This document shows positions 1-7,852 of a stretch of DNA of 64,000 nucleotides, piece by piece; the stretch's first letter is position 1; every line of letters begins with the position of its first letter. A program made the translations under genes and the position numbers. The stretch lies in the IMG/VR virus record IMGVR_UViG_3300031578_000001; one strand, given 5' to 3'. Below the pieces are notes generated by a model. That model saw nothing but the letters and a program-made list of their open reading frames with translations, was not told the DNA's origin and did not search any database. Origin of the DNA: a virus.

Positions 1-2
1 GG

Positions 3-617
3 GAAGCAGTTCCGCTTCCGGCCGCGGCACACGAATTCGCGCACTCTGCTGGTGGCGCGATCCAGAAGATCACGAACGCCATCAAAGGAGCCCTCTTCAC
101 ACGGCCGGCAATGAAAGTTCCAGGGACGAATATGATCGTGAGATCTCCGGCCATATCGCCTGCCCACATCCCTCTGCTCATCGCGGCGGCGACCCCGAGG
201 AATAAGGACGAGAAGGGTGTGGTAGAGTTCGTCAAGAAGCACCCTGCTGCTCTTGCAGCAGCACTTGCGGCGGTTCCGATGGCATCAGAGGCTCATGCGA
301 GCCTGAAGGGTCTCAGGGCCATCAAGAAGATCTACGGCTCGAGGGCGGCGTGGCAATCTGCCGGTCCACTGGCCAGAACTTTTGGAGCCACAGCTGCATC
401 GTTCCTTCCGGCCATAGCCATGATCTGGGGGACGTCGAAGATTCGAGACATCCTCCAGGGTCGAAGGGAGAGGGAGAAGAGGGCAGGGGACCTCACTAAT
501 CTCGTGAATCTTCCAACCACTATGCCTACCCGGTATGGTAGGATTGTTGAGATAGATCCCATCATTGTGGGCAAGAAGCTGAGTCCGTCTGAGAAGAAGT
601 ACACGGAAATCTCTTGA
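3..617 (+). CDS. Zn-dependent metallopeptidase-like protein (5' truncated by window edge)
   Basis: The frame is open upstream of the listed ATG at 111 and reads ...LPAAAHEFAH (HEXXH). A downstream VPMASEAHASLKGLRAI segment resembles the third-ligand E-x-x-A-S motif of neutral zinc metallopeptidases (Zn_peptidase_2-like). Confidence 0.55.
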   Translation, partial: EAVPLPAAAHEFAHSAGGAIQKITNAIKGALFTRPAMKVPGTNMIVRSPAISPAHIPLLIAAATPRNKDEKGVVEFVKKHPAALAAALAAVPMASEAHASLKGLRAIKKIYGSRAAWQSAGPLARTFGATAASFLPAIAMIWGTSKIRDILQGRREREKRAGDLTNLVNLPTTMPTRYGRIVEIDPIIVGKKLSPSEKKYTEIS

Positions 618-629
618 AGAGGAGGAGTC

Positions 630-1025
630 ATGGAGTCCGAATTCTTGAAGGGTCTCGAGAGAGGCTTCGGTAAGGAAGCCGGAGCAGAGGGGATCATGGC
701 GAAGGTTGCCCAGGGTCTGAAGGAGATGCTGGAGGAAAATGGGGAGGAGGGCAAGGGCAAGGAGAAGGGCAAGGAAAAGGAAAAGGAAAAGGAAAAGGAA
801 AAGGAAAAGGAAAAGGAGAAGGAGGAGGAAGGCAAGAAGGCGGAAGCCTCTGACGTCACCTCGTCCATCCGCAAGAAGTTGGGTCTGGACAAGGAGGCGC
901 AGGTAGTTCCGGCCGCCGTCGACTCCATCGCAGCCAAGATCCAGGCCAAGCTCGGATTGGACAAGGAGGCGCAGGCGTCTCCTGAGGGGTGGAAGGGGAA
1001 GGTGACCGCGGTTCTCGATAAGTAG
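630..1025 (+). CDS. KE-repeat low-complexity protein, probably virion-associated
   Basis: Strong AGGAGG SD; poly-KE tract; duplicated GLDKEAQ motif. Confidence 0.7.
   Translation: MESEFLKGLERGFGKEAGAEGIMAKVAQGLKEMLEENGEEGKGKEKGKEKEKEKEKEKEKEKEKEEEGKKAEASDVTSSIRKKLGLDKEAQVVPAAVDSIAAKIQAKLGLDKEAQASPEGWKGKVTAVLDK
771..824 (+). repeat. (AAGGAA)n hexamer tandem repeat encoding poly-KE
   Basis: About 7 perfect AAGGAA units followed by AAGGAG variants. Confidence 0.9.
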
Positions 1026-1037
1026 CGAGGTCCCTTC

Positions 1038-2435
1038 GTGCTGCTTTCCCAGATCAAGGTCGCGTTAGACCGGAAGGGAGGAGAGCACGGTGAGCCCGGC
1101 TACTTCGCGCCAGGTCTTCCTTCCAGGGAGCTGAAGAGGGTCATTCCCTCGGTCAATAAGCCCGAGGAATGGGAATTCTCTGAGCAGATCCACGACGCTG
1201 ACCGGGCCGGACGGCATAGCGACCTTCGCCTGTCGGATGGTAGAACAGCCTTCTCGTGGGCGCTGCGGAAGGGCCTTCCGAGTGAGCCTGGGGAGAAGCG
1301 ACTCGCGATTCGGCAGCCGGACCACGCGCCATCCTATCTTCCGTTCAGCGGAAGGATCGAATCCCGATACGGACATGGTACGGTCGATGTGAATCGTATT
1401 GGTCCCGTACGGGTCCTTTCCGCATCCCCATCCAAGGTCAGAATCGTGGCCCTCGACCGCAAGAATCCCCAAGAGATTACGATGGTCAAGACCCCCGGTC
1501 AGGGCAAGGATAAGTGGCTGGCCATCGACACGACGCCGACTGTGAAGTCTCGTCCGGACATCGTGCTCGGCAAGGAAAAGTTCAGGCTCAGCTCTGCGAA
1601 CGATCTTGGTCGGTTTCTCAGCGGGAAGTTCATCATGGCCCCTAAGATCGACGGAGGGGCCGTAACAGTGAATCTGGGTGACCGAGTCGAGATATTTTCC
1701 CACGCGCCATCGACGAGCGGAGAGCTCGTCAATCACTCCTACGTGTTACCAACCGGCGAGGTGCCAAAGGATTTGAAGGGTACCCAGATCAAAGCCGAGA
1801 TCCTCGGGAGGCAGGGCGGTAAAGTGATCCCTCTCAGGACGCTTGGTGGGATCTTGAACTCGACTCCTGAGAATGCACTCGACCGGATGACAAAGGAGAA
1901 GATCAAACTATTCTTGGCCCCATGGAAGATGGTTAAGTTCCGCGGAAAGAGGGTGGACGATCTCCCGTATGAGGATCAGCTCGATCTGATGAAGGAGGTC
2001 ACTAAGAAGGTAGATGCCCCTTGGATCCGCATACCCCAGGCGTCGACTCCGACGTCCAAGATAAAACTCATCGAGGCCATGAAGAGCGGCAAGCATCCCC
2101 TGACCGATGAAGGACTCGTGGCGTGGCCCAAGGGGGCTATCTCTCCGATTCCGACCAAGGTCCCATTCAACGCCCACTCTCAGGTCTATATTGTGGACGT
2201 ATATCCCATGGTCTCCGGAGGTAAGAAGATGGCCATGGCTGGGGGTTTCTCGTATAGCCTGAAGCCAGGAGGGCCGGTTGTGGGGAACGTGGGAACTGGA
2301 TTCACGATGCAGGAGAGGAAGGAATTCTGGAGGGATCGAGAAGCTCTCAAGGGTGCCAAGATCGTGATCGAATCCAAAGGCCAGTTCCCCTCCGGAGCCC
2401 ACCGAGCTCCGAGTTACAAGTCTCTTCATTTGTAG
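1038..2435 (+). CDS. LigD-like protein: 3'-phosphoesterase domain fused to an ATP-dependent DNA ligase (adenylation + OB domains)
   Basis: N-terminal QIHDADRAGRHSDLRL...FSWALRKG matches the LigD PE motif (HxA..HxDLRL). Ligase motifs: KIDG (motif I), EGLVAW (motif IV) and OB-fold GNVGTGFT. Confidence 0.8.
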   Translation: MLLSQIKVALDRKGGEHGEPGYFAPGLPSRELKRVIPSVNKPEEWEFSEQIHDADRAGRHSDLRLSDGRTAFSWALRKGLPSEPGEKRLAIRQPDHAPSYLPFSGRIESRYGHGTVDVNRIGPVRVLSASPSKVRIVALDRKNPQEITMVKTPGQGKDKWLAIDTTPTVKSRPDIVLGKEKFRLSSANDLGRFLSGKFIMAPKIDGGAVTVNLGDRVEIFSHAPSTSGELVNHSYVLPTGEVPKDLKGTQIKAEILGRQGGKVIPLRTLGGILNSTPENALDRMTKEKIKLFLAPWKMVKFRGKRVDDLPYEDQLDLMKEVTKKVDAPWIRIPQASTPTSKIKLIEAMKSGKHPLTDEGLVAWPKGAISPIPTKVPFNAHSQVYIVDVYPMVSGGKKMAMAGGFSYSLKPGGPVVGNVGTGFTMQERKEFWRDREALKGAKIVIESKGQFPSGAHRAPSYKSLHL

Positions 2436-2505
2436 GGACTTGAAATTTTTCTGGAAAGAGGCATCCTCTTATTGAACAGTTGACCCCGTTATTCAGGAGG
2501 AAGCA

Positions 2506-3030
2506 ATGTCTCAATCGCCGTATTTCGGTTTCACCCTGTATCCCGAAGGGGACATGATCTTCGGGAAAGACCTGAACAAGGCCATCGTCGACATCGAAGA
2601 GAAACTCCAGGTGGCGCTCTTCGAGGAGCACGTACAGGATGAGGGCGTCTCCCTGGCCGTCTCCGTCGTCGGCATTCCGCTGACGACATCCTGGCTGCCG
2701 ATTCCCATGACCGGCGGTCGCGAGTTCGCCTTCGCTCGTGCCGGGAAGATCACCAAACTCCGGGCGATCGTTTTCAACGTCGTCACGCCGATCAACGGCG
2801 ACATCGAATTGGCGCTGGCTGAGGTCTCGGCTCCTACGGTGCCGATCACCCCGGTCATCACCTTCGCTGCCGCCATCGACGAGGTGGTGACGCCGCCCGT
2901 GCCTCCGACCTTCCTCGAGAGCGAGGAGTTCACGCTCATCGCCAAACTGCCGGTCGCGGGCGCCGCGACGGCGGGCGTGTTCGACATCCAGGCCGTGGTC
3001 GAGGCCGACCTCGAGCGCCAGGGGGCGTAG
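2506..3030 (+). CDS. hypothetical protein, possibly virion
   Basis: 174 aa; AGGAGG SD; beta-rich composition. Confidence 0.7.
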   Translation: MSQSPYFGFTLYPEGDMIFGKDLNKAIVDIEEKLQVALFEEHVQDEGVSLAVSVVGIPLTTSWLPIPMTGGREFAFARAGKITKLRAIVFNVVTPINGDIELALAEVSAPTVPITPVITFAAAIDEVVTPPVPPTFLESEEFTLIAKLPVAGAATAGVFDIQAVVEADLERQGA

Positions 3031-3039
3031 GAACGGTAA

Positions 3040-3205
3040 CAGCGCTGCGGGGGGCTCCGTCACCGCTTGACGGTGGCGACGGGGCCTCCCAAAGCGGTAT
3101 TTTCGTCAGAATAACCTTGTGTCGTACCAAACGGATTGGTACAACAGGGAGAACTGGACTGAGCATCCCATCCCATCCCATTAGGGACATCAGCCTCTTG
3201 TTCCC
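3040..3205 (+). ncRNA. candidate structured non-coding RNA or leader
   Basis: Intergenic segment with several hairpins (ccgtc-accg/cggt-gacgg; gtacca/tggtac), closed by a terminator. Confidence 0.25.
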
Positions 3206-3211
3206 GGCAGG

Positions 3212-3240
3212 ACCCGCGCTCCCGAAGCGCGGGTTTTTTA
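3212..3240 (+). terminator. intrinsic terminator
   Basis: acccgcgct-cccga-agcgcgggt stem followed by a T-tract. Confidence 0.85.
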
Positions 3241-3325
3241 TTGGATCGAGTCGCCTTGACTCCGATCACGGCCGTCCGTATCCTTAACTGAAAGTGCAGA
3301 ACCTACATCAGTAAGGGGAGCACCT

Positions 3326-3535
3326 ATGACGATAATGGAAGTCGCGTTAGCTGAAGAGCTCGAGAAGATCGCCCTGTTCGGCAAGAAGCCCAAGGGGATG
3401 TTTCCGACGTTCAAGCGCATCGGAAGGGCCGCCAAGTGGGGAGGCCTGGGTCTTGGCGCTCTCCTGGCCTACGGAGCCCTCAAGGGGGCCACAGAGGCCA
3501 AGGACGAGATCAAGAGGGAGAGGGAGTCATACTAA
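3326..3535 (+). CDS. small protein with ELxKIA motif and hydrophobic segment
   Basis: AEELEKIALF; GGAG SD. Confidence 0.7.
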   Translation: MTIMEVALAEELEKIALFGKKPKGMFPTFKRIGRAAKWGGLGLGALLAYGALKGATEAKDEIKRERESY

Positions 3536-3762
3536 TGCTTCAGAGGATCCAGAAAGCATTCGTCGAAGAGATCACTAAGATCGCTTTCGGTTTCCCAGGG
3601 ATGCCCCAACCCATGCCGATGCTTCCGTCGGCGAGGCCACCCGTCTTCCAGACCGCTCGTCCGATGGCACCTTCGGTTCCACCCCCGCGTCCGCAGATTC
3701 CCGTTGTCGGGGCTGCTACCGGTTCGGGAGCCTTGGCGTCTGGATTGATGGGGAAGCGATGA
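3535..3762 (+). CDS. small Pro-rich protein with F-x-E-E-I-x-K-I-A motif
   Basis: TAATG-coupled start at 3535 (MLQRIQKAFVEEITKIAFG). Confidence 0.65.
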   Translation: MLQRIQKAFVEEITKIAFGFPGMPQPMPMLPSARPPVFQTARPMAPSVPPPRPQIPVVGAATGSGALASGLMGKR

Positions 3763-3956
3763 GAGTGGGTCGCATCAAGAAGTCAACCAGGGACAAGCTC
3801 CCGAAGAATCTCGGTATCCCGAAATTCTTCAGCCCGTCCGACGTCGACCGTCTTGTGGCTGAGCGGAAGGCAGACCCGCACATCACCTGGCAGCAGGCCT
3901 TCGATCGTGTCGTTTTTAATTCGATTCCGGACATCAGGGCACTGGTGAATCAATGA
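3759..3956 (+). CDS. hypothetical protein
   Basis: ATGA-coupled on both sides. Confidence 0.6.
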   Translation: MRVGRIKKSTRDKLPKNLGIPKFFSPSDVDRLVAERKADPHITWQQAFDRVVFNSIPDIRALVNQ

Positions 3957-4378
3957 GTCTATTCCCAGCATTCTGCGATGAGCTCTCCAACAGGGGCCTT
4001 GGTCCGAAGATCTACAGGGTCGAGGCTACCCCGGAGGAGATTGAGAACCTTCTCGAGGTGGGACACGCCGGCACGGAAAGCGGTGTGGCCGGATTTTCCG
4101 GATCAGACGCCAGGCGCGTCTTCAAATCACTCCTCACATCGGAGGGAGGCAAACAGATCATCCGGGGCGTCTTCAACAAATTCGATGCAGAGGCGGAGAA
4201 AGTTCGCAACTTGAAGGACGCTTTCGTTCGTGGCCTCCTCAGGGCGCGAAGGGATCTTCAGGGTCCTTCCCCTCACCAGAGGAAGGATCTCATGTCCATG
4301 ATCTTCCAGTCCGACGGCTCCTCCGACTCCTACTTCTCACCTAAAACAAATGGGCAGGAGGGAAGAGCCGGGGAGTAG
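3953..4378 (+). CDS. hypothetical protein (partial AFxDEL motif)
   Basis: ATGA-coupled; AFCDELSN near the N-terminus. Confidence 0.6.
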   Translation: MSLFPAFCDELSNRGLGPKIYRVEATPEEIENLLEVGHAGTESGVAGFSGSDARRVFKSLLTSEGGKQIIRGVFNKFDAEAEKVRNLKDAFVRGLLRARRDLQGPSPHQRKDLMSMIFQSDGSSDSYFSPKTNGQEGRAGE

Positions 4379-4439
4379 GTCCCCGGCCCAACCCATTCAT
4401 GCTTCTGACGGTGCGACTGAGCACTCGAGGAGGCATGAC

Positions 4440-5090
4440 CTACCCTCCCAGCGGGCGAAACCTTCGTGCTTTTTAGCGTGGAGCGGGTGCTCGGGACACC
4501 TCTCACGGAGCGCAGCGAAGAGAGAGGTGGGACGGAGCACGAAGCGAAATGCTAAATACTTCCATCTGCACCATTGATCTGGTTCTTATGGCAGCGGTTC
4601 GCTGCCCCATCCGGTCCTTGGATCACGACTGAATCTTTCGGAGCTCTTCCCTCTCTTCCCGGCGACCGGAGGCATCCGGTCTCACCCATCCCGTGAAGAG
4701 CAACCTATTCTATCTCTTGCCACGATCCATCTCACGGAGCGTAACCACGAAGGAATTTCCTGATGACAACATCGGAGTCTCTCCGTCGGAGGCCTGCCAC
4801 GTAGCATGAGGCGGTCGACGAGAGAGGCCGGACGTCCAAGACGTCTCGTCTTGGTCGTCCGGAAGAGCGGGGCTATGTTACCCAAGGTGTGTTGGGTGGC
4901 CGGCCCTTGGAGATATGAGGATGAGAAGGACTCCGAAAGATTCCACGGAGATCTCCGCGGAATCTTTCGGAGGATGGTCACCGGACGGATGAGCCTCGTG
5001 ATACGGGTAGGCCGCCGGCGGAGGGGCGAGATGGATTCTCAGGAGGGGTGTGGTTTGCGCTGGTGACAGCGGTTCGCTGCCATTCCCTTG
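4440..5090. ncRNA. candidate large structured ncRNA or cis-element (e.g. origin) between convergent gene blocks
   Basis: No credible ORF. Many long stems: 4462-4470/4536-4544, 4497-4504/4522-4529, 4664-4681, 4828-4862, 4931-4972 and 4724-4733/5028-5037. Confidence 0.45.
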
Positions 5091-5106
5091 CATGAAGGGA
5101 AGCTCA

Positions 5107-5532
5107 TCAGGATTCGGTCGTCTTCTTCGAGACGATACCGTAGTAGTTGGAGATCTTGTGGGGTCCAGGAGCCAGTTGTTCGACTTCGAGAGCGATTTGC
5201 ATCTTCCCGTTCTGTGGGATCGCCTTAGAGATCTTGACGAGGAGATCTCGGCCCATGGATAGGATGCGGCATCCGCCCGTGTCCGATCCGGAGATTACCT
5301 GGTTATCCTTGTCGGTGCCCTTGATCATGTCTCGGACGAAGGTGATGAACTCGGCCACGCGTGTCGATGTGGACGGGGAAACAATAACTTCTCTCGGGAA
5401 TGCGATGCACTTTCCGTCCTTATCCACGATTCGCAGAGTTCCTGAGAGATCGTGGTCCTCCACGAACGCCTGGGCTTCTTTGACTTTGTCCGATGGTATT
5501 TTGATCCCGAAGTCTTCGATCTCTACGGACAT
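5107..5532 (-). CDS. hypothetical protein
   Basis: 141 aa ORF with a GGAG SD. Confidence 0.65.
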   Translation of the reverse strand: MSVEIEDFGIKIPSDKVKEAQAFVEDHDLSGTLRIVDKDGKCIAFPREVIVSPSTSTRVAEFITFVRDMIKGTDKDNQVISGSDTGGCRILSMGRDLLVKISKAIPQNGKMQIALEVEQLAPGPHKISNYYGIVSKKTTES

Positions 5533-5927
5533 GGTGATCTCCTTTTCCTGAACAGGAACTCATTAACTTCCTTCTTGGTCATGCGAGAAACTCCCATGTC
5601 TTGTAGCGCCATGATGTTTCCGACCTGGGTGCTGACCTCATTGTGAATCATTTCCTTGATCTTCCGCATGTCAGTCATGGGCGTCTGACTCTGCTGTGGC
5701 GGTTGACGAGTTGCCACGACTTCAAGCATATGTTCCATGAGATCGACGAGGAACATGCTCATCAATATTTCGAGACGGTCCAGCGCTATGCCGTAGTTGA
5801 TCTGCTGGCCGTCACGCACGGTGCTCAGCACGATCACGTTGGTGCCGATGTCCTTGAAGCGCTCTTTGAAACCCTCCTTGAACGCTCCGAGGATCTTGAA
5901 GGAGATCTCCCTGAGGTTAATTGTCAT
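5523..5927 (-). CDS. hypothetical protein
   Basis: Start reassigned to MTINLREISF at 5927, overlapping the upstream gene's stop. Confidence 0.55.
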   Translation of the reverse strand: MTINLREISFKILGAFKEGFKERFKDIGTNVIVLSTVRDGQQINYGIALDRLEILMSMFLVDLMEHMLEVVATRQPPQQSQTPMTDMRKIKEMIHNEVSTQVGNIMALQDMGVSRMTKKEVNEFLFRKRRSPCP

Positions 5928-6828
5928 CCTCGTCCTCCTCGTCTTCGATCGAGTCAGAGGCCGTGTCGATTGCCCTGTCGAGGATCCGGATATCATTCCT
6001 GAGAATGGCCGTCCTCTCCGCGAACAGATCGTCATCTCTGAGCTCGAGGATCCTCGTCTCGACCAGGTTGTTGATGTAGTCGGGATCGAGGGCATCGAGT
6101 TCCCAGGACTCTTCACCGTATTGTTCCACGTAGGCCGCATACCTGGCGTCGGATGTCTTGCCCGCGTTGGGAGGAGGACCAAGTTCCTCGATCTGGTCCA
6201 TGTTGAGGGCGAGACGTTCCATCGTGACGGGTTCACGGAAAGTGCTGAACCTATCCTCGATGTCCCGGGTCATGTCAAGCCCGGACGGATCGTGGTCTCC
6301 GAGGTGCAGGATGTGGATCTTTTTCCCCTCGAATCTCTTTTGTCTTGCGCGTCTGGCCGCACGCCAGGCGGCAGATTGGGATACGAACCCCTTACATGCG
6401 AAGTATGTCACGTCGAGTTCGGTGCAGGGGCGTGCGACCACATCGACGAGCGCCTCCTTCTCGATCCACACTTCTACATGGACCGGCTGGTTGGACCACA
6501 TGTCGATGGCGTAGGAGTTCTTGGCCGACTCGAGGACCGATTTCGGATTCTTCCAGTGTGAGTTGGACCTGAAGTGTCTCGTTCTATCCACGATGGCATC
6601 CCAGTCGATCATTCCCGCCAACCGGCCGTTGGATATGACGGTGCCGAGGTTCTTGTAGGAGCGGTTGTTGTTCGGGATCAGAGCTCTCGCCACGAACTGG
6701 TAGTAGAGCTGCCGTAAGGTGAGGACGTAGCCCTTGGCAGCATACTCTTCGATGATCTCGTTCGCCTGTTCGATTCGTTTGCGCGAGTCTGGTCTAAACT
6801 CTTTTGATTCGTACCTAATCAGCATCAA
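5917..6828 (-). CDS. Topo VI subunit A / Spo11-like winged-helix + Toprim protein
   Basis: TLRQLYY winged-helix motif; VWIEKEAL; YFACKG; ILHLGDHDPSG (DxD Toprim); ELDAL. Confidence 0.65.
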   Translation of the reverse strand: MMLIRYESKEFRPDSRKRIEQANEIIEEYAAKGYVLTLRQLYYQFVARALIPNNNRSYKNLGTVISNGRLAGMIDWDAIVDRTRHFRSNSHWKNPKSVLESAKNSYAIDMWSNQPVHVEVWIEKEALVDVVARPCTELDVTYFACKGFVSQSAAWRAARRARQKRFEGKKIHILHLGDHDPSGLDMTRDIEDRFSTFREPVTMERLALNMDQIEELGPPPNAGKTSDARYAAYVEQYGEESWELDALDPDYINNLVETRILELRDDDLFAERTAILRNDIRILDRAIDTASDSIEDEEDEDDN

Positions 6829-7004
6829 TCCTCCTTGTGTTGCGGGAAGACGCCGACGATGTCGTAGTCTGAACGATAACTCGAGATCTCGGAATTCTTA
6901 GCTTTGTCCACGGCCTTGGCCATCGCTTCGATCTCGTTGCTCGCCTCGACCTCTACTTCGATTTCGCCGAGAGAGGTCCTGAGTACCTTGACCTTGTACT
7001 TCAC
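6825..7004 (-). CDS. small hypothetical protein
   Basis: GTG start with GGAG SD; IEVEVEASNEIEA motif typical of small phage proteins. Confidence 0.5.
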   Translation of the reverse strand: MKYKVKVLRTSLGEIEVEVEASNEIEAMAKAVDKAKNSEISSYRSDYDIVGVFPQHKED

Positions 7005-7566
7005 GGGGCATGCTCCAATCCAGGCCCAGAGAGTCGAGAACCTCGCGGGCCTCTTCACTGAGGTTCACGAATTCGGTGAATGCTGCAACCAGATCTGTGC
7101 ACCTACCCTCTGAAGCGGTACGACCGAATTCGGCACTGATCTCCTTGTACGGAGGGTGGTATCTGTGCTTCCGCACCAGGTCGTTGCCCAGGTGCATGAG
7201 GACCTCCTTGAGATCCTTGCGGTGAGGGCTTTGAATCATGCGGCGCAGGGTGTCGATGAGACGGTCGACCGCTGATACGCCGTACTGTAAGACGAGCTGC
7301 TCGAAGACATCGCCGTTGTCGAGGCCGTGGGCGATGATGTGCGCGACGTACTCCTCGGTGGTCATCGCCTCCGGACAGCAGCCTTGGCAGAATGGTTTGG
7401 CTCCCTCTTCGCCTTCGAGGTCTTCCATGCCGGTTGCCGGCTGCGCCCAGACGATCGTCTCTTCCGATGTCCACTTCTTGCAGACGGAGCACTCGATCTC
7501 GGGAATGCCTGGTGGATCGGAGGGCGGCGGAATCCTCCTGATTCCTTCGTACGTGTAGTCGGTCAT
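6898..7566 (-). CDS. hypothetical protein with CxxC...CxxC
   Basis: ORF starts just downstream of the terminator; its C-terminal tail overlaps the next gene and may not be functional. Confidence 0.45.
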   Translation of the reverse strand: MTDYTYEGIRRIPPPSDPPGIPEIECSVCKKWTSEETIVWAQPATGMEDLEGEEGAKPFCQGCCPEAMTTEEYVAHIIAHGLDNGDVFEQLVLQYGVSAVDRLIDTLRRMIQSPHRKDLKEVLMHLGNDLVRKHRYHPPYKEISAEFGRTASEGRCTDLVAAFTEFVNLSEEAREVLDSLGLDWSMPREVQGQGTQDLSRRNRSRGRGEQRDRSDGQGRGQS

Positions 7567-7584
7567 TGGTGCCTCTCTTAATAG

Positions 7585-7615
7585 AAAAGGAGGGCCGGGA
7601 TATTATTCCCGGCCC
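7585..7615 (-). terminator. intrinsic terminator closing the effector-CRISPR-tracr unit
   Basis: 9-bp stem gggccggga/tcccggccc; on the minus strand followed by TCCTTTT. Confidence 0.7.
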
Positions 7616-7624
7616 CCCTGTGGA

Positions 7625-7850
7625 TGGTATGTGCCCGGCCCCGTAGGACCGGGCACTGCACACGGGAAAGTCCACCCCGGGACAGCCCGGGGCGAATGGG
7701 GAACATGTCCCCTTCCTGCTTCATCGACGACTGCTCCTCCACCAGATGGCTTCAGAGACTTACATCTCTCCACAGGCGTTAGGTTTCCGCGCACTTCGCG
7801 GTACCATGCACCCGCCCCTTTCGGAGCGGGAGATCATTCAGACTGGCTGT
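7625..7850 (-). ncRNA. candidate tracrRNA / omegaRNA-derived scaffold
   Basis: Anti-repeat at 7658-7673 (minus-strand GGACTTTCCCGTGTGC) pairs with repeat nt 12-27. Hairpins at 7631-7656, 7675-7692, 7698-7712 and 7811-7830. Confidence 0.6.
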
Positions 7851-7852
7851 AT

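Noticed and set aside
615-632. In-frame TGA between the peptidase ORF and the KE-repeat ORF (possible readthrough)
   Set aside because: The second ORF has its own strong AGGAGG SD, and there is no domain continuity across the stop.
332-1057. 241-aa minus-strand ORF with an SF repeat
   Set aside because: It is the antisense shadow of the KE-repeat gene, which has the strong SD.
5797-6561. 254-aa plus-strand ORF
   Set aside because: Antisense to the motif-bearing Toprim gene.
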